DNA from: Longimicrobiales bacterium
GTDB taxonomy: Bacteria > Gemmatimonadota > Gemmatimonadetes > Longimicrobiales > Gaopeijiaceae
Assembly: GCA_041690395.1 (NCBI GenBank)
Contig: JAWLHJ010000001.1
Location: 192,001-256,000 of the forward strand
Reading direction: 5' to 3'
Length of the DNA stretch: 64,000 nucleotides
Position numbers and translations under genes: made by a program. Of this stretch, positions 9,280 through 18,500 are shown one piece after another (the stretch's first letter is position 1; each line of letters opens with the position of its first letter). The notes below the pieces were generated by a model that saw only the letters and a program-made list of their open reading frames with translations, ran no database searches and had not been told where the DNA came from.

Positions 9280-12021
9280 TCACTCGACCGTCACCGTCGC
9301 GTCCGCCGACACGCCCTCGGACGTCACGCGGATCTGGGTCGTCCCGGGGGCCAACGCACTCACCAGCCCGCTCCCGTCGACCGTCGCCACGGACGGATCG
9401 AGCGACTCCCAGATGAACGACGCGTCGTCGATGACGTTCCCGTTGGCATCGTAGGCGGTCCCGGTCAGCTGCTGCTCGGACGGCACCACCGCCACGGCCC
9501 TCGCGGGCCCGGTCGCCGGGTCACCGTCGCCCGCACCTGCGGCCACGCCGAGCGCGAAGTCGCTCGGCTCGACCGTGACCGCGTGGGTCTTCTGGTGGAC
9601 CGTGACCTCGATCGTCGCAGACACGCCGTCCGCGCTCGCCAGAATCATCGTGGCCCCGTTCCCGACGGCGGTGACCAGCCCGGTCCCGTCGATCGCGCCC
9701 ACGGCAGGATCACCGCTGCTCCATGCCACCGTCGTGTTCGCCACGACATACCCATTCGCGTCGAGCGCCTCCGCCACGATCTGGACCTGGTCACCGAAGG
9801 ATGGGAGCGGCTCGCACGGCTCGACCACGACGCATGTCCGGTCCAGCGTCAGGCTCGCAACTGTCTGCTCGACGGTGAGCGTGGCCGTGCCGGTCACGTC
9901 TTCCGCGGTGGCGGTCACGATGGTGCTGCCGTTCCCCACCGCAGTCGCCAGACCGGTCGCGGGATCGATGGTCGCCACGGTCTCGTCATCGACGCTCCAC
10001 GCGAAGGTGACGCCCTCGATCGGCTGGCCGCCCTCGTCTCGCGCCACTGCCGAGTACACCTGCGTTGCGCCGAGGGCGGTCAGCGTCGTCGTGGTCGGCG
10101 TGACCTCGATCGAGGCGATCACGGGGCCGCTCGGCCCGCCCGTGTCCGTGAACGTCACTGTCGCCGTGTCGTCGATGGGCTCGCCTTCGAGCGTACCGGT
10201 CACTGTCGCCGTGCCCGCTTCCGCGCTGCTCATATAGGCCGTGTACGTCCCGTCGCCGTTGTCCGTCACCGCCGTCAGGTCGCCGAGCGACGTGACCAGC
10301 AGCACAACCCCGCCGCTCTCGCCGAACGGACCCTCGTTCTCGTCGTACAGGCGCACCGTCAGCGTCGACTGCGTGTCGTTGTCGGCCGGCACTTCGGTCG
10401 GAGCCGCCTCGATCGTCGCGAAGGCCACGACCGGACCGCTCGGCCCGCCCGTGTCCGTGAACGTCACTGTCGCCGTGTCGTCGATGGGCTCGCCTTCGAG
10501 CGTACCGGTCACTGTCGCCGTGCCCGCTTCCGCGCTGCTCATATAGGCCGTGTACGTCCCGTCGCCGTTGTCCGTCACCGCCGTCAGGTCGCCGAGCGAC
10601 GTGACCAGCAGCACAACCCCGCCGCTCTCGCCGAACGGACCCTCGTTCTCGTCGTACAGGCGCACCGTCAGCGTCGACTGCGTGTCGTTGTCGGCCGGCA
10701 CTTCGGTCGGAGCCGCCTCGATCGTCGCGAAGGCCACGACCGGACCGCTCGGTCCACCCGACTCCGTGAACGTCACCACCGCCGTGTCATCGATGGGTTC
10801 GCCTTCGAGCGTACCGGTCACTGTCGCCGTGCCCGCTTCCGCGCTGCTCAGATAGGCCGTGTACGTCCCGTCGCCGTGGTCCATCACGGAAGTCAGGTCG
10901 CCCAGCGTCGTGGCCAGCACCACGACGCCGCCGCTCTCGGTCACGGCGTTCCCGTGCGCGTCGAACAACCGAACGGTCAGGGTCGAAGTAGCGGTCCCGT
11001 CCGGTTCCAGGTTCGTCGGCGACGCCGTGATCGTCGCGGAGCCCGGCTCGGCGGGTCCCGGCAACGCGGTCACGACCATGCTCACGGGCGCCGCCCCGGA
11101 CGCCGACGCGGTGAAGGTGTACTCGCCCGCGACCGGACCCAGCGTGGCCATCGTCGAAGCGCTTCCGGTCACTCCACTCACGACCAGGCCGTCGGCCACG
11201 CCGGCGCCTTCGTCGGCCGCGAAGCTCACGTCCACGCCTGCCACCCCGCCACCGTCGGCGCCGACCACGCGCACCTCGAGGGGAACGCTCGATCTGACCG
11301 GACCGCTGGCGCCATCCCCGCGGACGACCACCAGCGTGGACGTGGACGGCTGGAAGGCGACACCCGTGTCGTCGGACAGACCTTTGGGAGTCACCGCCTC
11401 GACCCGCACCGAGGCACGCTCGTGCGGCGCCTCCAACAGAGCCTCTGGCGAGATCGGCGCGAGCCCGGGGTCACTGGACGACCAGAACGCGAGGACGTCG
11501 TCCACGACCTGCCCATTCGCGTCGCGGCCGGTCACGGCGAACCGGACGGTATCACCGAAGGTGAGAAGGGGCTCGGCGGGCGTCACCTGGATCTCGACCG
11601 CCTCCGCGCCCGGACCCACGAACGCCATGTCGAGGTCGTGGACCGTGAGCGGACCCGATGGAGATGCATCCTCCACCTCGGCCTCGAGCGATCCGGCGAA
11701 CATGCGCGTGGCACCCGACCAGGCCTCCGCCTCCACCAGCACCCGCGCCGGGAGCTCGAGATCGAGCACCCATCCGAGCACCGTCTCGGGATCACCCGTA
11801 TAGGAAAGCACGGTATCCGAGGCCACGGAGCCGTCCCGGATGGCGATGATCGTCACCCCGATCGCATCGAGGTCGAGACGCTCGGGCCCGATGGCGGTCT
11901 CCAGGACCGGCCGGACGCGAAGGGGGCCGTCGTCCAGGCCGTTCGGGTCGGTCGGTCCGCCGTTGCAGCCGAGCGTGACGAGCGCGAGCGCGACGCCCGC
12001 CCTCAGAATCGGCGTGTCCAT
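9280..12021 (-). CDS. Invasin/intimin-like lipoprotein with multiple bacterial Ig-like domains (Big_1 and Big_2), ~913 aa
   Basis: Start MDTPILRAGVALALVTLG-C (lipobox-like). Three Big_1 repeats (DNGDGTYTA). Big_2 repeats (WSS.D..VATVD..GLV.A...G). Confidence 0.85.
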   Translation of the reverse strand: MDTPILRAGVALALVTLGCNGGPTDPNGLDDGPLRVRPVLETAIGPERLDLDAIGVTIIAIRDGSVASDTVLSYTGDPETVLGWVLDLELPARVLVEAEAWSGATRMFAGSLEAEVEDASPSGPLTVHDLDMAFVGPGAEAVEIQVTPAEPLLTFGDTVRFAVTGRDANGQVVDDVLAFWSSSDPGLAPISPEALLEAPHERASVRVEAVTPKGLSDDTGVAFQPSTSTLVVVRGDGASGPVRSSVPLEVRVVGADGGGVAGVDVSFAADEGAGVADGLVVSGVTGSASTMATLGPVAGEYTFTASASGAAPVSMVVTALPGPAEPGSATITASPTNLEPDGTATSTLTVRLFDAHGNAVTESGGVVVLATTLGDLTSVMDHGDGTYTAYLSSAEAGTATVTGTLEGEPIDDTAVVTFTESGGPSGPVVAFATIEAAPTEVPADNDTQSTLTVRLYDENEGPFGESGGVVLLVTSLGDLTAVTDNGDGTYTAYMSSAEAGTATVTGTLEGEPIDDTATVTFTDTGGPSGPVVAFATIEAAPTEVPADNDTQSTLTVRLYDENEGPFGESGGVVLLVTSLGDLTAVTDNGDGTYTAYMSSAEAGTATVTGTLEGEPIDDTATVTFTDTGGPSGPVIASIEVTPTTTTLTALGATQVYSAVARDEGGQPIEGVTFAWSVDDETVATIDPATGLATAVGNGSTIVTATAEDVTGTATLTVEQTVASLTLDRTCVVVEPCEPLPSFGDQVQIVAEALDANGYVVANTTVAWSSGDPAVGAIDGTGLVTAVGNGATMILASADGVSATIEVTVHQKTHAVTVEPSDFALGVAAGAGDGDPATGPARAVAVVPSEQQLTGTAYDANGNVIDDASFIWESLDPSVATVDGSGLVSALAPGTTQIRVTSEGVSADATVTVE
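10127..10744. repeat. Two apparently identical 309-bp tandem copies (103-aa Big_1 unit), followed by a diverged third copy to ~11040
   Basis: ccgctcgg unit starts at 10127, 10436 and 10745 (period 309). The antisense ORFs 10241-10546 and 10550-10855 are near-identical. Confidence 0.92.
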
Positions 12022-13745
12022 CGCAAGCTCACCGTGGATTCCCTGAAGCTGAGACCCGGATCGCCCAGGTTCTCGTTGTCGTTGAGCCGAGCTCCGAACA
12101 CGAAGGCGTCGCTCTCCGTCAGCTGGAATCGTGACGTGAGCGTCGCCTGGAGCGCGGTCGTCCGGTGGACGTGGGTGCGGCTCAGGTTGAGCCCGGAGAC
12201 CCACCTGCCGCGGGCCAGCGCGAGCTGCCCTCCCAGGCCGAAGTTGGTCCGCGTGGCCCAATCCTCCTGGCCGAACTTCGAATGGACGAGACCGGCCGTC
12301 GGCGTGATGGAGAACACACGGGACGGCTGCACCACGACGCTCCAGCTGGCGGTGTGCGCCCAGGAGGTGCTCGCGTCCCGCAACGGGTTCTCGTCCCCGG
12401 TGGAGCGGAAGTTGTAATCGACCGACGTGCTGCGCAGGATACTCGCTCTTCCGAACGCGATCGACTGCCTGGTGCCGAGGAGCCAGCTCCCGTACGCGAT
12501 CCAGCGCTCCTCCTCGGTAGCCTCGTTGTCGAGCGTCGCGCGCTGCAGGCGCAGGCTCGATGTCCACCGGCGCGTGAGTCGAGTAGACAGGGACGCGCCG
12601 ATCCGGTTCCGTGTCGTCGTGAACGCCTTCTGGTCCGCGAGATTGTCGTTCTGCCGCCCGAGATCGAGGCTGGCATTCACGCGCCCGAGCCGTAGAGCGG
12701 TCCGCGACTGGATCTCTCGACGGTCGGAGAGCAGGGATGCGGTTCCGAGCGACACATACCCCGCGCCCAGGTTCCGGAACGTCACGGTCGACGTGAGCGC
12801 GGGAATCGGGGAAATCTGCCCCTGGAGCGTGTACGCGTAGTCGGCCGAAGAGCTGGTCCGCGGCGTGAACAGCGCCTCGGCGATCCCCGGAATGCGGTCG
12901 AGGAGCTCGGGATTGTCGATGGGGTCCGAGCGGCGATCCCGGGTGTAGCCGCTCCCCGCCAACTCGGCCTCGAGCTTCAGCCGGTCGTCGAGCAGCGCGA
13001 GCGTCCCGACGAGGCTCATGACCAGATTCTGCTGCGGCGTCACCGCGAACCGGTTGTCCCGGCCGACGGAGAGCGTGTCTTCCACGAACGTCGTGTCGGG
13101 TTGCGGATCCAGGAACAGGGTGTCGGTGGGCTCATCGAGCGAGCCCGGATCGTCGAGCGCCGTGACCATGACGAGGGCGAGGGACGTCCCGCGCGCTTCC
13201 CCGACCCCGAGCCGCGCCCCCGCGACGGTCCGGGAGTAGCTCCCCGACACCGCACCCCCGTCGACCGCCCTCCGCGAGCGGCCTCCGAACATCGACAGCC
13301 GCAACGCGCCGCGCTCCACGTCGACGCTCGCGCCCCGGGCCCGGATACCGTTGTAGGTGAGCGGCGAGTAGCTGCCGCTGAAGTCGCCGACAGTGGCGCG
13401 TCCCCACCCCCAGTCGGGGCTGAGCGAGTACTGGTTGATGTTCTGCCTGGCCTGGGCTCCGAGCTGGTTCCCCTCCGTGGAGAGGAGGAAGTCGCCGCGC
13501 ACGCTGACGAGCCCGTAGATGGACGCCGTCGGACGCAGATAGAGACGCGCCGTGGCTCCGGGTCGCCTCCGTTCCGCCCCCGAGACGCCATACAGCTCCG
13601 AGAACGTGCCGACTTCACCGCCGAAGCTGAGGGCGGGCCGATCGAGGTCGAGGTCTAGAGCCTGAGCCCGCGCGCCGGCCGGCAACAGCAGTGCCCGGGC
13701 GACCAGGATCAGGGCCAGAACCAGGAATCCTTGCCCGCGGGTCAT
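12003..13745 (-). CDS. Probable outer-membrane beta-barrel protein, ~580 aa
   Basis: Signal peptide (ARA-Q). Alternating amphipathic beta-strands. GDFS.SYS.LT..G...RG motif. C-terminal VSLRWTRRF (terminal Phe). Confidence 0.72.
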   Translation of the reverse strand: MTRGQGFLVLALILVARALLLPAGARAQALDLDLDRPALSFGGEVGTFSELYGVSGAERRRPGATARLYLRPTASIYGLVSVRGDFLLSTEGNQLGAQARQNINQYSLSPDWGWGRATVGDFSGSYSPLTYNGIRARGASVDVERGALRLSMFGGRSRRAVDGGAVSGSYSRTVAGARLGVGEARGTSLALVMVTALDDPGSLDEPTDTLFLDPQPDTTFVEDTLSVGRDNRFAVTPQQNLVMSLVGTLALLDDRLKLEAELAGSGYTRDRRSDPIDNPELLDRIPGIAEALFTPRTSSSADYAYTLQGQISPIPALTSTVTFRNLGAGYVSLGTASLLSDRREIQSRTALRLGRVNASLDLGRQNDNLADQKAFTTTRNRIGASLSTRLTRRWTSSLRLQRATLDNEATEEERWIAYGSWLLGTRQSIAFGRASILRSTSVDYNFRSTGDENPLRDASTSWAHTASWSVVVQPSRVFSITPTAGLVHSKFGQEDWATRTNFGLGGQLALARGRWVSGLNLSRTHVHRTTALQATLTSRFQLTESDAFVFGARLNDNENLGDPGLSFRESTVSLRWTRRF

Positions 13746-15589
13746 CGTGGCAGCCCCCCGGCGTCGGCGAGCTCCGTGATCCGCACCAGGTCCTCGAGGC
13801 GTGTCTCGGACCGCACGAGGTAGTGCGGCGCCGCCCTTCTCACGAACCACACTTCCTTACGATCGGGGGTCGACGACGACGAGAGGTTGAGGCGCCACGT
13901 ATCGAACGAGCCCGCAGGCGTAGTGACCCGCTCCGTCCCCCGGACCGATATCTCGACCGTGTCGAGGACGGCGGCCTGCGTCTCGAGCACGGGAACGCGC
14001 ATCCGGTAGCCCTCCTCAAGCGGCAACGCCGCCATGAGCGTCTCCAGGGCGGCGCCATCGGACCACACCGGCTCCGCGGTCTCCACGTCGACGGGCGTCT
14101 CGAAGCCCTCCGTCTCCATGACCCCGCTCACGCGACCCTCGCGGAAGTCGAGCTCGATCCGGACGGCCCCCTCCGCCTCTCGTCGAAGGGGTGCCAAAGT
14201 GCTCCCATCGAGTACCACGGTGTCTTTCCCCTTCCTGCGGCCGGTCGGCTCCGCCGACTGCGCGAACGGATCGAACGAGGGGTCGTCGCCGAACATGTCG
14301 TCGATCGCGGCCGGATCCTCGGAGATCGCATCCATGTCCACCTGGGGCATCTCGAACGTCGGCACGTCCGCCTCGTCCACCACGCGCCACACGGGCTCGC
14401 CGTCCTCGGTCGCCCGCTCGATGCGGCGCGCCATCTCGATGGGGGGCATAAGGCTGCCTTCCTCGGTGATCCGGTACTCCAGCCGTACCGGCACGAGGGC
14501 GGACGCATCCGCGGAGGTCACCAAGACCGGCGGAGAAGGAATCTCCGCGAGCGTCATCAAACCCTCGACCACGCCCGACCACCGGTCGAGCAGCAAGAGC
14601 CGTCCCCCCTCGGGTCCTCGTGCGTAGACCAGATGGCGACCACCATCCGCGGCCGCCTCCTGGAACGTCAGGGTCGCGTCGGTACCCACCACCTCGCGCA
14701 CGCTCGATATCGCCTCGACGGACGTGGAGTCGTCCTTGAAGGCGGCGCGCGGATCGTCACTCAGATCCGTTCGGACCAGCTCCACGGCGGACGTCAGCGG
14801 ATCGAGCAGAAGGAGCGCCGGGGCGGTCCGCCCGTCGTCTGAACGGAGCCAGACACGGCCGTCCGGATGGAAGCCCACGACGTCGCAGCGCTCGTCCACC
14901 GCGCACCGGTACACGGGAAGGAGCTCGCCTTCCCGGTAGCGTACCACCTCGGTACCGCCGTCTTCGTCTTCCCGGATGCCCAGGCGAGGGGCCCCGGACG
15001 GGCCGGGAACCCAGCGGCGGACCCCGCCGTCGTTGCGGACCACGACCGTCCGCGCGCCCGTGCCGAGATTCACCCGGACCAGGTCCGGCGCGTCCGGCCA
15101 GCGCCCGGGAAGCTCGACCACCACCGCAACGGGGTCCGGTGCGAAGCCGGCGATACGAACCGCGCCCGCTGTCTCGGGAATCAGCTCTGTTCCGGCGACG
15201 CCCGCACCTGGGGCCATGGCCACGCCGAGGGATCCTCCCTCGTGCCGCAGAACACGGAGCCCGTGGCCATCCTGGTTCGTGAAGACCACGTGCCGGCTGT
15301 CGGGCGCCCAGGCGTAATGTCCGACCGATGCGTCGGCGGCCGTGAGCGGTCGGGCGGCGCCGAGCGAGTGGAACGCCCCGATCACGAAGAGACGGGGTGC
15401 GCCGTCGCGCATCGCGCGGAACGCCACCATGCGGCCGTCCGGGGAGAGGGCGGCGTCGAGAGCGCGGACAGCATCAGAGTCGGCGGCGTCGAGAACCTCG
15501 GCCGGACCCGGGTCCTGAGCCCCGGCCGCGGAGGCGCCCGCCAAGGCGAGGAGGCACGGAAGGAGATATGACACGCTAGAACAACGCAT
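13742..15589 (-). CDS. Secreted protein: S9-peptidase-like beta-propeller plus DUF3108-like C-terminal domain, no catalytic hydrolase domain
   Basis: Signal peptide (AGA-Q). SPDGRMVAF and WAPDSRHVVF propeller blades. C-terminal GTERVTTPAGSFDTWR motif. No G-x-S-x-G-G seen. Confidence 0.62.
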   Translation of the reverse strand: MRCSSVSYLLPCLLALAGASAAGAQDPGPAEVLDAADSDAVRALDAALSPDGRMVAFRAMRDGAPRLFVIGAFHSLGAARPLTAADASVGHYAWAPDSRHVVFTNQDGHGLRVLRHEGGSLGVAMAPGAGVAGTELIPETAGAVRIAGFAPDPVAVVVELPGRWPDAPDLVRVNLGTGARTVVVRNDGGVRRWVPGPSGAPRLGIREDEDGGTEVVRYREGELLPVYRCAVDERCDVVGFHPDGRVWLRSDDGRTAPALLLLDPLTSAVELVRTDLSDDPRAAFKDDSTSVEAISSVREVVGTDATLTFQEAAADGGRHLVYARGPEGGRLLLLDRWSGVVEGLMTLAEIPSPPVLVTSADASALVPVRLEYRITEEGSLMPPIEMARRIERATEDGEPVWRVVDEADVPTFEMPQVDMDAISEDPAAIDDMFGDDPSFDPFAQSAEPTGRRKGKDTVVLDGSTLAPLRREAEGAVRIELDFREGRVSGVMETEGFETPVDVETAEPVWSDGAALETLMAALPLEEGYRMRVPVLETQAAVLDTVEISVRGTERVTTPAGSFDTWRLNLSSSSTPDRKEVWFVRRAAPHYLVRSETRLEDLVRITELADAGGLPR

Positions 15590-18500
15590 CGGACACCGCC
15601 TGGAAGACCGCCTGGGAAAGATCCGAGATCGAGCCACCGAACCCGGCCTGGAGTGTGCGCCGGTCTCCGAAGACCCTGTATCCGACGGTCAGGTCGACGC
15701 TGCTCCGTCCGAAGAAGCCGTTCAGGGCCGCCGCCGCCTCGGCGCTCACGACCTGGACGGGCATCGGCGGACGGGCGCAGCTCGGGCACGATTCGTACGC
15801 ATCCATCCAATCGGCGAGGTCGTCGATCAGCACCCTGTACCTATCGACCTCCGCCTGAAGGGTGTTGAACGCCAAGCGCGCGTCGTCGAGCGAGGTCCGG
15901 GCCTGGGCCACGGCCGGGTTGTCTTCGAGGTACTCACGGTTCTCGTAGACCGTCCGCGCCGCAGAGTACGCCGACCACCGGATCGTGCGTTGGGCGAGCC
16001 GCGCCGCGCGGACGTTTCGCCAGTAGTTGCGGGCCGTGCAGTATCCGGGGCTTCGCCAGCTGCACCGCGCCGCGTAATAGCGGTAGCGCGAGTCGGCCAC
16101 CCGGAAGTTGTTGTCCGCCGTGACGTACAGCGTATACGCGGCATTCATCGCCTGGCGCGAGGCCTCGGACGCCAGCCACACGGCCGCGTCCAGGCTCGCC
16201 TCGGCGGCATCCAGCGACTGCCGGGCGGCATCGAGGCTTACGGAGGCCGTCTGGAGAGACTGCTGGCCGACCGGGATCAGGCGTCCCGCCACGTCGTACG
16301 TGACCGCGTCGGTGAAGTCGGGATAGAGCGCCGCGCGTACCTGGAAGCTGGGACTGGTGAGCGCGAAGCCGGCCCGCGCGTCGAGGTGGGCGCGGAACTG
16401 GTCGAACAGGTCGAAGTCCGTGGTGAAGCCGAGGCTGTCGCGGGTCATCGACAGCGCCACGTCCCCGCTGATCGCGTCGTCGATGGTGGCGCCGCCCTCG
16501 ATGATCAGGTGCTGCGCCTCGCGGGTGAGCGCCAGGTCGAGCAGGGCGTCGTCGAACGCCACCAGCCCGATCGCCCAGGCGCCGATGTCGGCCAGGCCGG
16601 CGATACCCTCCCGGTCCACGCTGAGGTCGATCCTCCCGAACTCCGACAGCTCGCCGCCCTGGCCGGTCTGCATGAGGAAGGCGCCACGCAGGCCGATCCC
16701 GGCCTCGATCCCCAGGTCGAAGTCGGTATAGGTCGCCACCCGTACACCGAGGTCTCGAAGCGCCATGTTCGGCAGCGCCGTGATGGGGAGCGGCTCGGCC
16801 CCCTCGCCCGCGACCCGCTGAGCGAAGTCCTGTAGATCGGAGAGGGTGAGCCCCTCGTCGGTCTCGCCGAGCACCAGCGCCCCCATCGGAACGCCCGTGT
16901 AGAGGTTGAGCCGCGTTCCGAGGGCCATGCGGATGTCCTGGCTGCCGATCACGGCGTCGCCCAGGAAGCCGAGCCGCACGTTGACCGGGTTCAGCCCCAT
17001 GGCCAGTCGGATCTCGTTCAGCGTGAGCCAGTCGATGCCGAGAGGGCCCACCCACGGGTTGGCCGCCGCGAGCCCGCCTGCGATGGAGAGCTCCACGCCC
17101 GCCGGCACGACCGCGACGTTCGACTCGATGTCGAAGGTGAGCGTGTCGCCGTCGACGTCGAGCGTCATCGCACCGGCCAGCCCGACCGACGGCCTGCCGG
17201 AGATCTGCAGCGCGACCTCGCCCTCGACGAACCAGGCCGGGCTTCCGGGCGGCGCCATGGGCGGTAGCGCAGCACGCAGCGAGAGATCGCGGATGCCGCC
17301 GCCGCCGAATCCCGGGAGCGGCAGGTTGCCGGTCAACGTGAGATCGCTCCCGCCGGGGGCGAGCATGTCGACCATGTCCTTCAGCGCGCCCGCCCCGTCG
17401 AGCGGAACGAGGCCCGTGAGGTTGAGGCCGGGCGTGAGCGTGACGTCGAAGCTCCCCAGCCCGCCGAAGCCGCCTCCGCCGCCGGTCGCGCCGCCACCCG
17501 GTCCGCTGCCTTCCGAGTCTCCCGACCCTCGGCCTCCCCGGGATCCCCCGAACAGCGGGAAATAGAAGGCCCGCTCCTCCTCGGTGAGGTCGTCCGACGA
17601 GACCGTGCCCTGCCCGCGCGTGATGGTGAGCGCCGCGAGCGACAGGTTGAGCTGGTCGGTGATCGGGTCCTGGAATTCGGGCACGAGGTCGCCGAAGCTC
17701 AGGTCGGGTACCTGGACACCGAGCACCAGTTGGGGCTGCCCGTCGATGCGCGAGAAGGAGAAGAGCGCGTCGCCCGCCTTGTCGAACAGGGTGGTCGCGC
17801 CCGTGAACGACACCCCGGGACGCTCCCCGAAGCGGACCGTCAGGGTCGGCCGGTCCAGGCGGACGTCGAGCGGACCGAGCGGCGGGAGCTCCACGGCGCC
17901 GCCCGGCATGAAGCCGCTCATGAGCTCGACCACGTCCGTAGCGCCGAACCCGCCGTCGAAGGCAGCACGGAACCGTCCCTCGGGCGTCGAGGAGCCGAGC
18001 GACACCTCCACTTCAGCCTGGGCCGTCCGGGCTCCCATCTGGAATCCGCCGGAGATCCCGGCCCACGTCCGTGCCGCGTCGCCCGTGCGGAATCCGGCCT
18101 CGAGCGTTGCCTCCTGGATGCCTCCGAGGTCGAAGTCCAGCTCGGGGACCTGGACCGACCCCGGCGCCAGACTCGCGGCGAGCTCCAGCGCTTCGGACAA
18201 CGTCACCGTGCCGACATCGACCCGGAACGTCCCTTCCGCCCAGCTCCGCGGCGTGCCCGAGAGGCCGCCGACCGAGAGCGCCCGCAGCGTGGCCCGGCCG
18301 TCCCGCTCGGCCAGCACCGCTCCCGCGTCCACGCCTACCCACACGCTGTCCGCCGGCGTGTCGAAGCCGAGCTGGAGCTGCACGTCGCGCAGGTCCCCGA
18401 TGGGGAAGTCGACCTCGGGCACCGGCCAGCTCCCGGGCAACAGCGACGTCGCCCGTCCGAACGCGTCGCCGAGCGACACGTCGCCGAGGGCGAGGGTCAC

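Noticed and set aside
10127..10744. Repeats as a possible CRISPR array
   Set aside because: The 309-bp in-frame coding repeat has no spacers, and no cas genes are present. No CRISPR array was seen in the window.
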